The position numbers were made by a program, and so were the translations under genes. DNA of 63,472 nt, filler included, from Phoronis australis (Eukaryota > Animalia > Phoronida): assembly GCA_002633005.1 (NCBI GenBank). It is 14 parts of 14 records of this genome, joined end to end, with 100 filler letters (N's around TTAATTAATTAA, not from the genome) between each part and the next. Parts side by side here need not be neighbours in the genome. Positions count along the whole stretch, not along the records: positions 51,722 to 54,904 come from NMRA01000077.1; positions 55,005 to 59,140 come from NMRA01002690.1; positions 59,241 to 61,928 come from NMRA01003496.1; positions 62,029 to 63,472 come from NMRA01001383.1; 10 more parts are not named here. One strand, given 5' to 3'. The notes under the pieces were generated by a model that saw nothing but the letters and a program-made list of their open reading frames with translations, ran no database searches and was not told the DNA's origin. Shown here one piece after another: positions 52,700 through 63,472 of the stretch; the first letter of the stretch is position 1, and each line of letters starts with the position of its first letter.

Positions 52700-52856
52700 C
52701 TCGTTATAGAAGTGATGTCTGGGTTTGGAAAGAACTCAGAGTTGGTTATTGCTTCAGACCAGCCTCAGTAAGTTAGATGGACATTGTTTGGTACTTTATG
52801 TGCCCAAAAATAACCAACTGGTCATTCCAAGCCCAGACAACACTTCTGATCTGAGT
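52700..52856. repeat. Imperfect ~155-bp palindrome
   Basis: AGAAGTGATGTCTGGGTTTGGAA...AGTTGGTTATT pairs with AATAACCAACT...TTCCAAGCCCAGACAACACTTCT. Confidence 0.7.
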
Positions 52857-54629
52857 AAAGAACATGCTTTATGGTGAAAAGGTCAAAATGAAAATTTAGA
52901 TTCTGCGTAGGAATACACACAAAAGGGTTCCATGAGAGAGCACACTGCGCATGACCAAACCATTAACGCACACTGATTTGATCGAATCAGATGTAGTTTT
53001 GTTTGCAGCAAATACTACTGTTATTCTTGGATGTGGCTAATGCGGTACTAAAAGCAAAGGTAAGGGGTCTGGGAAGGCAAAGTCCATGGATGTTGTCGGG
53101 GAAATCCTGGCGCAGGGGGAGAAAACATCAAAAAGTCCGAGTGCATCCTCGGACATGCCGTAGTTACTGCTGTGCGACTGAAACAGGTGTCAAAAGGTGT
53201 CTCTAATCCCACCTCTGTGCCTGTGGCAGCAGTGGATAGCTGTAGTGTGAGTGCACCTTCGACAGACCCTCAAACGACTTTATTTATTAGCTCAGTTAAT
53301 AACCTGTGCAACTTGCTTCAGACGCGTTTTGAGCAAGAACGACGTTAACATTGTGTTGAAAGTTTTTATGATGAAATTTTGAGGATAACTGCCTTGTTGA
53401 CCTGGGCCCGGTCGCCAATCTCCGTACTCAGACTGGAATCATACTCAAACTCACACTTCATACTCAACTCGAGCACAGACTCATCTTTGGTGTATTCAAT
53501 GTCATACTCAAAAAATCTGTACTCGAAATTTTGAACACGTATTCAATTTTCGAGTATACTCGAAATGAATTTTCGAGTATACTCGAAATGAATGTATTTC
53601 ATCTATATTTCGATTACGATTTTGAGTAAAAATTCCAAGTACATGCTTCAAATTTCAAGTTTGGTTTGGCAGTGCTTGAAATCGTACTAAAAAATAAATA
53701 CAGCGGAGGTGAGACACAGACAAATTATTCCACAAGCGAAAGAAGAAAATATCGAAAAACCACGGAGAGACACAGCAAATGTTTGGCAAATTTAAGTCAT
53801 CATACCATATTTCAGCACTTGAGACCGTAGTTTTCATTTTAAATCTTCTTCATCTGAACCCGTCGTATCAAAGCACTTCATTGCCGCCAATTTGAAACTC
53901 CTTACTACGATTCCTGACAACATGCGAACTCTAATCCCATGTCGACGAGTCATTACAAGTGTCAAAATCAGCTTTGGGGAGGGGGTTGCCCTGATTGCAG
54001 TGCGTGTGCAATGGTTTCGCTTTCCTTAAGACGACGAGGAAAGAAAAAAACAGTTTGCTTCCCTGTCAGGTACATTTCGCATCATAGTTTAGTTGTGGAT
54101 AATTCCTCAGTCCCCGTACGATATTCCAGTTTTTTGCCGATTTATAAGTACACGTCTCGTCCCGTTCACTGATGAACTCTGAATGTCTGCCTACAGTGTA
54201 CTACATGTAGTGTTTTTAACTCACCCACCAAATGTCAGCTAACTTGATACATCCCGGTAAAATGCAAAGATACAGTATCAAAGTTTTTACATCAGCGTAG
54301 GCCTACATGGCAATGGGTTCTATGTACAGACTAAATTAGCAAGAGAGAACAGGGGTTTACCAGGAACCAAACAACTGCGGCCCAAAAATGTAGATTGGTG
54401 TTTCAGGCTGACGTGGACAACCGTCCGACTAGAGATGAATGCCACCGCTGGCAATTAAGGTACAATTTGACCTGCCATCAAAGAAAATGTGCAGTTCGAA
54501 CTCTCCTTTAAAAATGTTGGTTGCAGGCCTGTGATTTGGTGCCAGACCCCCGGGCCTGGGGTCACCGGCCTACTATTGCATGTGTCACTGAGAAAGAAAA
54601 TTTCAATAGTTGGTGTGACCATGCCAATT

Positions 54630-54904
54630 CTAGGAGTAAATGTGTTGAGTGTAGGGGAGAATGAACTCATAGGAATAAATGTGTTGAGTGTAGGGGAGAA
54701 TGAACTCATAGGAGTAAATGTGTTGAGTGTAGGGGAGAATGAACTCATAGGAGTAAATGTGTCGAGTGTAGGGAAGAATGAACTCATAGGAGTAAATGTG
54801 TCGAGTGTAGGGAAGAATGAACTCATAGGAGTAAATGTGTTGAGTGTAGGGGAGAATGAACTCATAGGAGTAAATGTGTCGAGTGTAGGGGAGAATGAAC
54901 TCAT
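54630..54904. repeat. 39-bp minisatellite
   Basis: About 7 units of AGGAGTAAATGTGTTGAGTGTAGGGGAGAATGAACTCAT, giving spurious 13-aa-repeat ORFs on both strands. Confidence 0.97.
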
Positions 54905-57535
54905 NNNNNNNNNNNNNNNNNNNNNNNNNNNNNNNNNNNNNNNNNNNNTTAATTAATTAANNNNNNNNNNNNNNNNNNNNNNNNNNNNNNNNNNNNNNNN
55001 NNNNAATCGAGGCTGTTAATCTATCACCACTAGTACACGCACGCCCTCTAGTTATTGTAGATTTTCCGAATAGCCCCATTGACCAATCAGAACGCAGCAT
55101 TCTTGACACACTTTCGTTTCCAAACCGCCATTATACCCGAAAAACATCACGCTGTCGGGTAAAACTTATTGTTTGTCGACTTTTAGTCGCAAGGGGGCGG
55201 AGCTTGCAATAGGTCAATTAAGCAAGCGGTCGTGTTTGTAGGGATTGTTAATGCAAAAGCTTGTTATGTATCGAAAAGCGATAGGTTGTATCTGACCTTT
55301 GTTAGGCTTGACAGACTACTGAACCTCTTTTTACTTAAAACTTTATATTGGTTGGGTCACCATTAAGTTCCAAGTTGACGCAAATGAGATCTTGAGATCA
55401 ATTACATGTGTGACACCAATTCAAGCACAACAGTTTTGTATCAGCCAGTTGGAGTATGAACACGAAATTTATGAATTATTTTGAAGTATACAAATTCAGA
55501 GAATTGGGGTGCGTCTTGAATGAAATGAAGGGGAAATATGATAGGAATGTCAGAAGATGACTGCGAGTTTGTTTAAAAGATAGCCATACTTTGAGATAGT
55601 TTGTAGATGAAGAGAGAATGGTTAAATACAGTAATTAATTTATTATATGATAACCACTAAGTGAGATCTGTGGTGAATTAAGAAACTTCTAATATTGAAG
55701 AAGGCTACGCGGCTAGCACCCTCTGTAAGGTTTACTTCAATAAATTAATCAAAATAATCAAACGTCTTATCTGCTATCCAAGCTCAGTGTACATGTACAT
55801 GTAGGACTCAACACTTGTTGGATGACAGTCATGTTGGTGAATCTTCTAACTAACACACACTATACTGCAACAGTGTACTTGCTGGTCACAGTCTTTTGTG
55901 ACGCAACACTTGCAGGCAATATCTTCAACCCACGATTCCTCTTGCTGGTCACAGTCTCTGGTGAAGCAAAACTAGCCTACGTGTAGGCAGTGTCCGACTA
56001 CCTACGATGCAAATGACAGACACTTAGTTAACTTCCTCTTCGTTAACCCTTGCCCTTGCCAAGATCCTTTTTAGAATCTTCCATAAGATGGCTCTGTTAC
56101 ATAATTTCTTGTGTACACTATAGCAAGTCTTCTTGCTTCAACTACTTAATCCCATGTGAGTATTTTCAAGACTTCTGCCCAAACTATAATAATGTGCTTA
56201 CTGTACCTAACGATTGGATAATAAAAAACCACATGATCTGATCATTGGCTGTTATAAGTTGCTCTTAGAAACTTCTAGAAACTTTAAAGTGCATTGACAA
56301 CTGAACCAATGCAGTAAACATCATCTGAAAATAGATCTTGAAGTAAAAAATACATATAAACAAGTTTGACCCCATGGTTTAAAAGTACGTATGTCAAATT
56401 TTAGGCAACTTAAATGGAACTATGTGTACCAATTACTTAATATTTATTCTGACATGGAACAGTTCTAAGACGTCAATGAGTTTCCACAGGGCCTTAAACT
56501 TTGAAGAGATCGCAGTGCAATTTATTCCAAAGTATGAATTGCACGGGAAATTGGTTGCACAATCTTGTCTTTTTGTGTGCACACGATAATGTCGCACGGA
56601 AACAGACTAATGTTGCGCCGAATGAGCGTGTTATGGATAATGTACCCAACGCTATCCTGTATTATGAACTCTTACTCAAATTGCGCACAAAAGCGTGCTA
56701 AAAAGTAGTTCATTTCTTACAAATTTGGTCGCTGAGATGCGCAGTCAGTGACTTGTTTCGTGAAGCTTGCACGCCAGTTGTCCTAGTGAATTTCTGTTTT
56801 GACGAGGGAAGAGAGGTGTCTCTTGCTACACGAGGTAATCGCTGTGACAACACGAGGGCCTGACTGACTAATCGTCCACTTCTCCAACCTTTGAAAGCTC
56901 ACTAACTAAGCGAGTTTTCTTGTATATTACTCTTATTTACGACCTAACTGCATGCAGTGATTGAAGAACGCACTAAAACATTCATTAGGCGAAATAAAAC
57001 GGAAGGCCAGAAACAAATTTGCCTAGTATTTGACTTGCGGAACTGTCCTGTGAATTGTCTTATGCGTCAGACCGTCACTGAAAGTAACACCCATCTTGAC
57101 AATTTCAGGGTTCATAAAAGATTGGTTATCGACCGTATTTTTAAAATGTTAAGTTTGTCACATTTCCCCGTGGATAGGTGGGCGCAGGTTGTCACTGACC
57201 GGTCGTGATAAAAAGAAGACTGGTTCGAGTTAATCACGACCGTACGTATACAAGTCTACCCAAACAAAACGCCCGACGCAATGTCCTTTCTATGCTTCAC
57301 TAGCTAGTGCTTCGAAAGCTTGACTTGCGATTGACTCTTGAGACTCTAACGGCAACTGCTACAATAGTTGATTCAGTAATCTACTGTCTCTATACATGTA
57401 GCTGACTTTCACTTGAATAACGTTGTAACTGCTGATTCTGTAACTGCAACCCAACTGTAACAATAACTCAATTTCAACCCAACGTATTCACATTAACCTG
57501 TGCCAAGCAGATTCTAGAACTTTCCACAATCTATC

Positions 57536-58170
57536 TGTCACGGATTTCCGTGATTTGTTTTGACACTTCGCCCATCAGCTGATTCATACTGACCGGAACC
57601 AGATGTGTCTCANATTGTTTTAAGGACTAATTACCTCTATTTAGTGAGACATGCATATTTATATTCCAGTTAGTTATAGTTACCGTTTTCTGTTGATTGT
57701 TTGTTTTAGTATCTAGACATGTATTTTTCTTTAGTACTTTGCCATTTTTTCGGCCGCCCAGGGAGTGTCACGGATTTCCGTGATTTGTTTTGACACTTCG
57801 CCCATCAGCTGATTCATACTGACCGGAACCTGATGTGTCTCAGCTCAAATGTCCAGCCATACGTGACAGACAGTTTGTTTACTACAGAGTTCCTTCAACT
57901 CCGGAATTGGTTACGTAACAATCTGCCTATTTGGTCTAGCTTCCTTGTGACGTCGAATCATTTATAAGAATTGTTTTGTATTATAGTTTAGTCATTTCCT
58001 TAGTATTAGCCCACGTGTCATAGTTATTTTGTCAATGATTGTGTATATAAATGACTTGGAGTGTAGAATAAAATCAGTTGCCATTTATTCAGCACAACGA
58101 CACGACTTGTTATTTGGACAGGTTCACTGCTGAACTGTCTAGTTATCGCCACTTTGTATCTACCGACACT
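57536..58170 (+). mobile_element. BEL/Pao-type LTR sequences (5' LTR start, gap, PPT and 3' LTR)
   Basis: TGTCACGGATTTCCG... occurs at 57536 and 57766. The second copy is preceded by TTCGGCCGCCCAGGGAG (BEL-type pre-LTR motif). AATAAA at ~58067. The LTR end is uncertain. Confidence 0.65.
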
Positions 58171-58214
58171 GCGAGGCAACTCACACGGCGACCCCCTATA
58201 CTACATAGCCAGAA

Positions 58215-58852
58215 TTTCCCCACACCATCGCGTGCAATGGAAATTCATCCCTCAGCGTGCCCCATGGTATGGTGGTTTCTGGGAAAGACTGATAGGCATT
58301 ACCAAAACGACGATTAAGAAAATACTTGGACGATCGAAACTTCACTTTGAGGGGATGCGCACTCTGCTTGTTGAATGTGAGTGTCTTCTTAACGACAGAC
58401 CAATCACATTTCTGTCTAGTGACATACAGGACCCCGATCTGCTTACTCCGGCTCACTTATTGCATGGGCGCCGCCTCAGTTGTTTACCGTTCAATTCAGT
58501 GGATGATGATGACATCGACGACCCAGATTTTGGGGCATCAGCAGTAGAGCAACGATACGTACGACGTTCCAACCTGTTACATGCCTTTACTCGGCGATGG
58601 AAATCCGAATATCTTACATCTCTTCGCGAGTATCACACTATCAAATCTGGTTGCCACTCCGTGAACATAAGTTGTGGTGACATCGTTCTTATACATGATG
58701 AAAACACCCCACGTGTCATGTGGAATATGGGCAAAGTGGAAAAAATCAATCGCGGTAACGATGGACATGTGCGTTCTGTGGTTCTCAAAACGAAAAACAG
58801 ACTAACCAGTAGACCCGTTAAGAAACTTTACCCTTTGGAAACGTCAGCATAA
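58215..58852 (+). mobile_element. BEL/Pao LTR retrotransposon integrase C-terminus plus DUF5641
   Basis: WKFIPQRAPWYGGFWERL...LNDRPIT...LTPAHLL...WKSEYLTSLRE...GDIVL...W..G.V...RPVKKLYPLE. A pre-LTR motif CGCGCCCGGGGAGAA follows at ~59029. Confidence 0.93.
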
Positions 58853-59870
58853 ACTGCATGATACGGACTCTATATAACTTACTCGATTGTGACATATATA
58901 TCTTGTTTACTATTCTTATTGTCTTGTTTCACATTTGTTTGCTGTTTTATTTCCATATTGACTTAATATTTAATGTTTGCCTGATTTATTTCTGGTTTCG
59001 ACCATTTACTATTATGTTCAACATTTTTCGCGCCCGGGGAGAATATTGGAATGTGTTTGTGACAGGTTTTCTTGGTTTATTTAGCTTAGGTACTTCCTGT
59101 ACATGTTCAGTTCAAGTTATTAATTGTTACCTCTTGACATNNNNNNNNNNNNNNNNNNNNNNNNNNNNNNNNNNNNNNNNNNNNTTAATTAATTAANNNN
59201 NNNNNNNNNNNNNNNNNNNNNNNNNNNNNNNNNNNNNNNNAACTGTTCAATATAAATGCAGCTGCTATCAAAGTGAGCCTACTTTCTTCTAGTAAGGCTA
59301 ATATCCCAAGAGTGAGCCGAGATCATACAAGTTCTCACTGTTTATCATTATGTATGACTAGCAAATCCTGTGATCTCACTAACGATCACTCAGGAGTCAA
59401 CACCTAACACCCATATTTAAGCGTGATACAAGACAATGTCCCCCTTTTAACCATATCAAACACGTAAATTGCAATTTCTACATACAAATCTTGATACCAA
59501 CAGTGGTAAGAATAAACCGTAGCAATGAGAGGCCAACTGATGTATGAGAAGTCTGATATGGGTAACATCATTCTCTACACAGCATAGTAATGCATACTCG
59601 TAGTACAGTGAAGGGCATCTGTCGTACACACCCATCATGTTACTGTCTCTGGCAAGAGGTTACAACGAGATGAACACACTACAGGTAACAGTGACAACTA
59701 TGGGATCAGATAAACAAGCTGTCTTCACATCAGTCAGTGAGAGAGTTCAACCATCATTTCCCACGGAATTGGTAGTCATATCACACAATGACATGCATGA
59801 ACACCACCAAATTGTGATGTCACGTTTACAGCCTGCTGAACTGAACAAACTGGGCAGTTAGCTGACAAAA

Positions 59871-60168
59871 TACTTGACACTGTGTATTCATCAGTATGTT
59901 GTGTTGAGCTGTATCCTAACCGTACACTTACCTCAATAATGTTATACTTGACACTGTGTATTCATCAGTATGTTGTGCTGAGNGCTGTATCTTAACCGTA
60001 CACTTACCTCAATAATGTTATACTTGACAATGTGTATTCATCAGTATGTTGTGTTGAGCTGTATCCTAACCGTACACTTACCTCAATAATGTTATACTTG
60101 ACACTGTGTATTCATCAGTATGTTGTGCTGAGCTGTATCTTAACCGTACACTTACCTCAATAATGTTA
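59871..60168. repeat. 74-bp tandem repeat (4 units) spanning a TNPO1 exon end and 5' splice site
   Basis: Units start at 59871, 59945, 60021 and 60095. Each contains CACTTACCTCAATAATGTTA (GAG|GTAAGTG on the minus strand). Confidence 0.92.
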
Positions 60169-60278
60169 TTGATGTGTGGAATAAGCCGGTCAAGTCGTAC
60201 TTCAACAAGCATAACTAACGCACGACAAACATTCTTACGCACTTCGGAGTCCTCATCGCTAGACAAGAAGTTTAGTTG
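60156..60278 (-). CDS. TNPO1: Transportin-1 exon
   Basis: [41 protein letters not shown]; 123 nt, AG/GT bounded. Confidence 0.93.
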
Positions 60279-60674
60279 CTGGAAAACATTAACAAGATTG
60301 AGGAATGGTGAACAAAGTTTTTAGTATAAATCTGTGTTGTTCCAAGAACATGCTACAACCCCGAAATTCTTGAAGACAGTCTGACATGATATCACACAAG
60401 TGCTATTCTTGAAATAAGGTGCTTCAGGAAATTCTGAACGATACTAAAATTGGACGCGACAATGCAAATCAGTACATAGTGAAGAAACAAAATTTTCGCT
60501 TCACAAAAGCCAAAAGTACATGGAATCAAATAGCGAAAACTCAGACTTGCCGCCAAGGAGAGGAAAAGTTGTGCCACACAGACACAGCTCAAAATGTATT
60601 GTGCGAAGCGTTTACCAAAACCAGTGATCGTAAATGACCATGAAGTTGACACTAATATAGCATGGAGCACAAAC

Positions 60675-60756
60675 CTCTATGAAAACATCCATTTGAAGCA
60701 TAAGTGCCTGAGTTCTGTTGATGATGAACTGGTTGACACAAGCGATGGCGTGAGAT
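60675..60756 (-). CDS. TNPO1: Transportin-1 exon
   Basis: (R)[27 protein letters not shown]; 82 nt, phases consistent with neighbouring exons. Confidence 0.93.
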
Positions 60757-61052
60757 CTGTAAGAGATGAACATGACTGATGAATAATCACCATTCACAAT
60801 ATTCCACTTTGCTGGATGCTGACTATAAATGAATGCAACAAGCGAGTCTTCAACAGTTCAGGCCAGAAGTTACAGTCAATTAAATGGACACCAAGCAGGT
60901 CTTCAAGTGTCCAGACAGCATGCCGCAGCTGGTGAGATAAACTGTTTGCAGCTGAGGACGACACAGAGTGTAGAAGAGTGAGAAAGTGTCACTTCGTAGG
61001 ACCCGCCTGGCTCTAAGTATGACCTAAGGTACTTGGTGTAACATGACCATAC

Positions 61053-61186
61053 CTGATTTTAGGACTGCTATGCCGGAAGAACTCCAAGAACTTAGGGATG
61101 AGAACATTGAGAGGTCGATGGAGTGCTTCACTGTCAAGTTGTTCTGCCGAGTCTTCACAGATCTTCTGTAGGGCGCCAAATGCTCC
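61053..61186 (-). CDS. TNPO1: Transportin-1 exon
   Basis: [44 protein letters not shown](R); 134 nt, tttcag / GTATGG. Confidence 0.95.
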
Positions 61187-62659
61187 CTGAAATGAACGTG
61201 TTACACTGTTAGTGTTACTCAGTGCAGCACAATGATAACATCTGAGCGAAAAGACACAACGACATAATCATAACACGCTAACTGAATAACAAGGATACTT
61301 CTAACTAGAGGCCTGCTAGTGGAACTCCCTCCACATCATGACGCTGATATGTACGCTGACAAAGACAATTTGTGAAGTAAGCACCCAATTCTATTGGTAA
61401 CACTCACTCGTAATTTGCTTTACCAAACTGACTTGCAAAACAGTAAGACATGCCTTCAAATGGAGAAACTGAATCTATTCAGACTTGCAGTGTAGATGCA
61501 GTCATTGAAAGGGACGTTCTATTCTAGCGCCGTTTGCAGAGCACTAAAAACTCCCGTCTTGCTGAAATTTACACTTCCTGAGGCTAGTCAGGCACCAACT
61601 TTTATTTTACGCAATAACAAATTAATTTTCTAAAAGATCCCACGTTTTCTCAGTTTTAAGAGTAAACACTAGTCTTGTTTCATCTGAAGGCAAAGTGACC
61701 ACCGGCATGGTGGGGTCATTTTTGTGGCTGACCTATTTTTTTCCATATACCGCATGTACTCAATGCCAAGAGAGCTTAGTCAAACCACCAGATAATGGAA
61801 ATCTGAAGAATTGGGAGGCTTTTTATTTAACCCTTATCCTGCTAAGCCTCTGTTCAGACAACTTTCCCTGTGTGCTGAGCTAAGTAGGTCACCACTGCTG
61901 CTATGCACTGGGCTGTTATGAAGGTCACNNNNNNNNNNNNNNNNNNNNNNNNNNNNNNNNNNNNNNNNNNNNTTAATTAATTAANNNNNNNNNNNNNNNN
62001 NNNNNNNNNNNNNNNNNNNNNNNNNNNNTTTTAGATTTTTTCTGTGTGGATCGCATATGCTGACTTGAAAACGTGCTCATATGAATATGCATACTTCCAA
62101 ACATCCGAGAAACTGGTTTTGCACAGATTCACCGGCGGTTTTATTCAGATTTTTACTGAAATTCAGGGAATTCTTATGGAATACAAAGTTATATTTCTTC
62201 AGTGACCCCTCGCTGAAATGGGATAATGAAATCTGTCTCTTTCTGTTTCTATTGTATTTTGAAATATCGTTTGATGTATTTTCTAGTTCCCTCGAGGGCC
62301 CGCTGATGGCAGCCTCCATGGCCACCCTTGGTTTTCTTATTCACCCTTGTTATTCAGTGCCACTCATGGAAACGGGCTCTAGTGATGGAAACGTTTGTTT
62401 TTTTCCTTTTTTTGCAAAATTAAAGAACCTCTCGTTGTAAGGAAGCTGCCCCATGGTGGAATCAATTGTCACTGTTTTCGACTTTTTCAATGGTTTATCC
62501 ATTCGATAATCTGGGCAGCATGCATGGGTCTCCCTCTCGGACGGAGTTTTGCCTTGAGCAACACGCGACAATTCCCCTTCCTCTGTAAACTTTCACGAGG
62601 AGAACTGAGCAGATAACTTTTTTATAAGTCACATCTTCGGAGTTTGTTGTCGAGACTGG

Positions 62660-62835
62660 GGATTGGTTTCATAGACCGATAGATGGCGATACCAGGGCAG
62701 CAACATGGTTATAGATTCATGCATCACAAATGTATCACTGATGGCTTAGTGGTGGAACCATAGACTATATGGTGAAACGAGAAACTGTGCGAATCATTAT
62801 TTCTGCTGTCGATCCAGATGGTGTGGCAATGGAAT
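62660..62835 (+). pseudogene. Integrase-core (IS3EU-like) DNA transposase fragment
   Basis: FIDR*MAIPGQQHGYRFMH...GLVV[20-nt insert]KRETVRIIISAVDPDGV matches the GYRxM...VxRExVR..LDPxGV motif. Confidence 0.55.
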
Positions 62836-63472
62836 CCGCCAAAAGACTACGTACAGCGACACACAGAGTAAAGTATCTCGGGATCTCGAGATAATTAAGT
62901 GGGAATCTCGAGATCCCGAGATAATTAAAAAAAACGCGTGATCTTATCTTTAGGCCACTGTAGCAAGACGTGGCTCAAAGAGACAAAAACGTGATATTTA
63001 TTGAATATAAAAAACAGACAAAAACCCACAACATTTTAGTGATTGGATTCGAAAGATGGAAGAACGTGGTGACCAACTTTATTTTGAATTACACAAAGGC
63101 AATGCTATCTATGGATTTATAAACATGAATTGTCGTTATTTTCGACCGAAGAATCTCAAGAACAATATTTCTTTTGAATAAAGTAACCAGAATAATAATT
63201 ACACAGGGCGAGGGGGTTGTTCATACGAAACTCAATGTGTTGATCAGACTGTCGGATGAATGAATTTTTGATGACAGTTAACTTTGCACATGATGAAACA
63301 ATTATTGTACATTTTCTGGCTATCGCACATAAAGATGTCGGTGGTTTTTGTTGTTGTTGTTTTTTAGTGCAAATTTAACCCATAACTAAACCGTGACAGG
63401 AAGGCTCTCTCTGGGATGAACCAGAATTCACTTTACCACGAGCATGCGCGCACTCGGGGGGGGGGGGGGGGG

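Noticed and set aside
54455-54956. Repeat-protein ORFs on both strands
   Set aside because: They are by-products of a 39-bp (3n) minisatellite, with no splice or homology support.
62077-62616. Overlapping ORFs on both strands
   Set aside because: No recognisable domain or splice structure; possibly a decayed TE ORF.

Overview
This is eukaryotic, intron-containing DNA from an invertebrate animal, probably a lophotrochozoan such as a mollusc (inference). It is not one locus. Thirteen identical 100-bp spacers (N44-TTAATTAATTAA-N44) join 14 short contigs, so gene neighbourhood across spacers is meaningless. Host exons I can recognise, all with GT-AG boundaries: kringle-domain genes (two contigs, one followed by a PAN/apple-like exon), a vesicular glutamate transporter (SLC17A6-8/eat-4 type), MRPS10 (3 exons), a myosin regulatory light chain last exon, the ATG13 HORMA exon and transportin-1 (3 exons). 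The rest is mostly transposon debris and satellites. The most notable structure is two internally deleted Kolobok-type DNA transposons (TTAA TSD, ~155-bp TIRs). Each carries a THAP-transposase 5' part convergent with a second gene; in the better-preserved copy that gene retains a Cys-rich KolX / P2X7-ballast-like motif. Also notable: an APE-type LINE preceded by a 2A ribosome-skipping motif and frameshifted by a template-switch hairpin; a 74-bp tandem repeat that multiplies a TNPO1 splice donor; and a kringle lacking both C1 and C6. I found no clearly new biological system. The best candidates are variants of known but poorly characterised transposon architectures.
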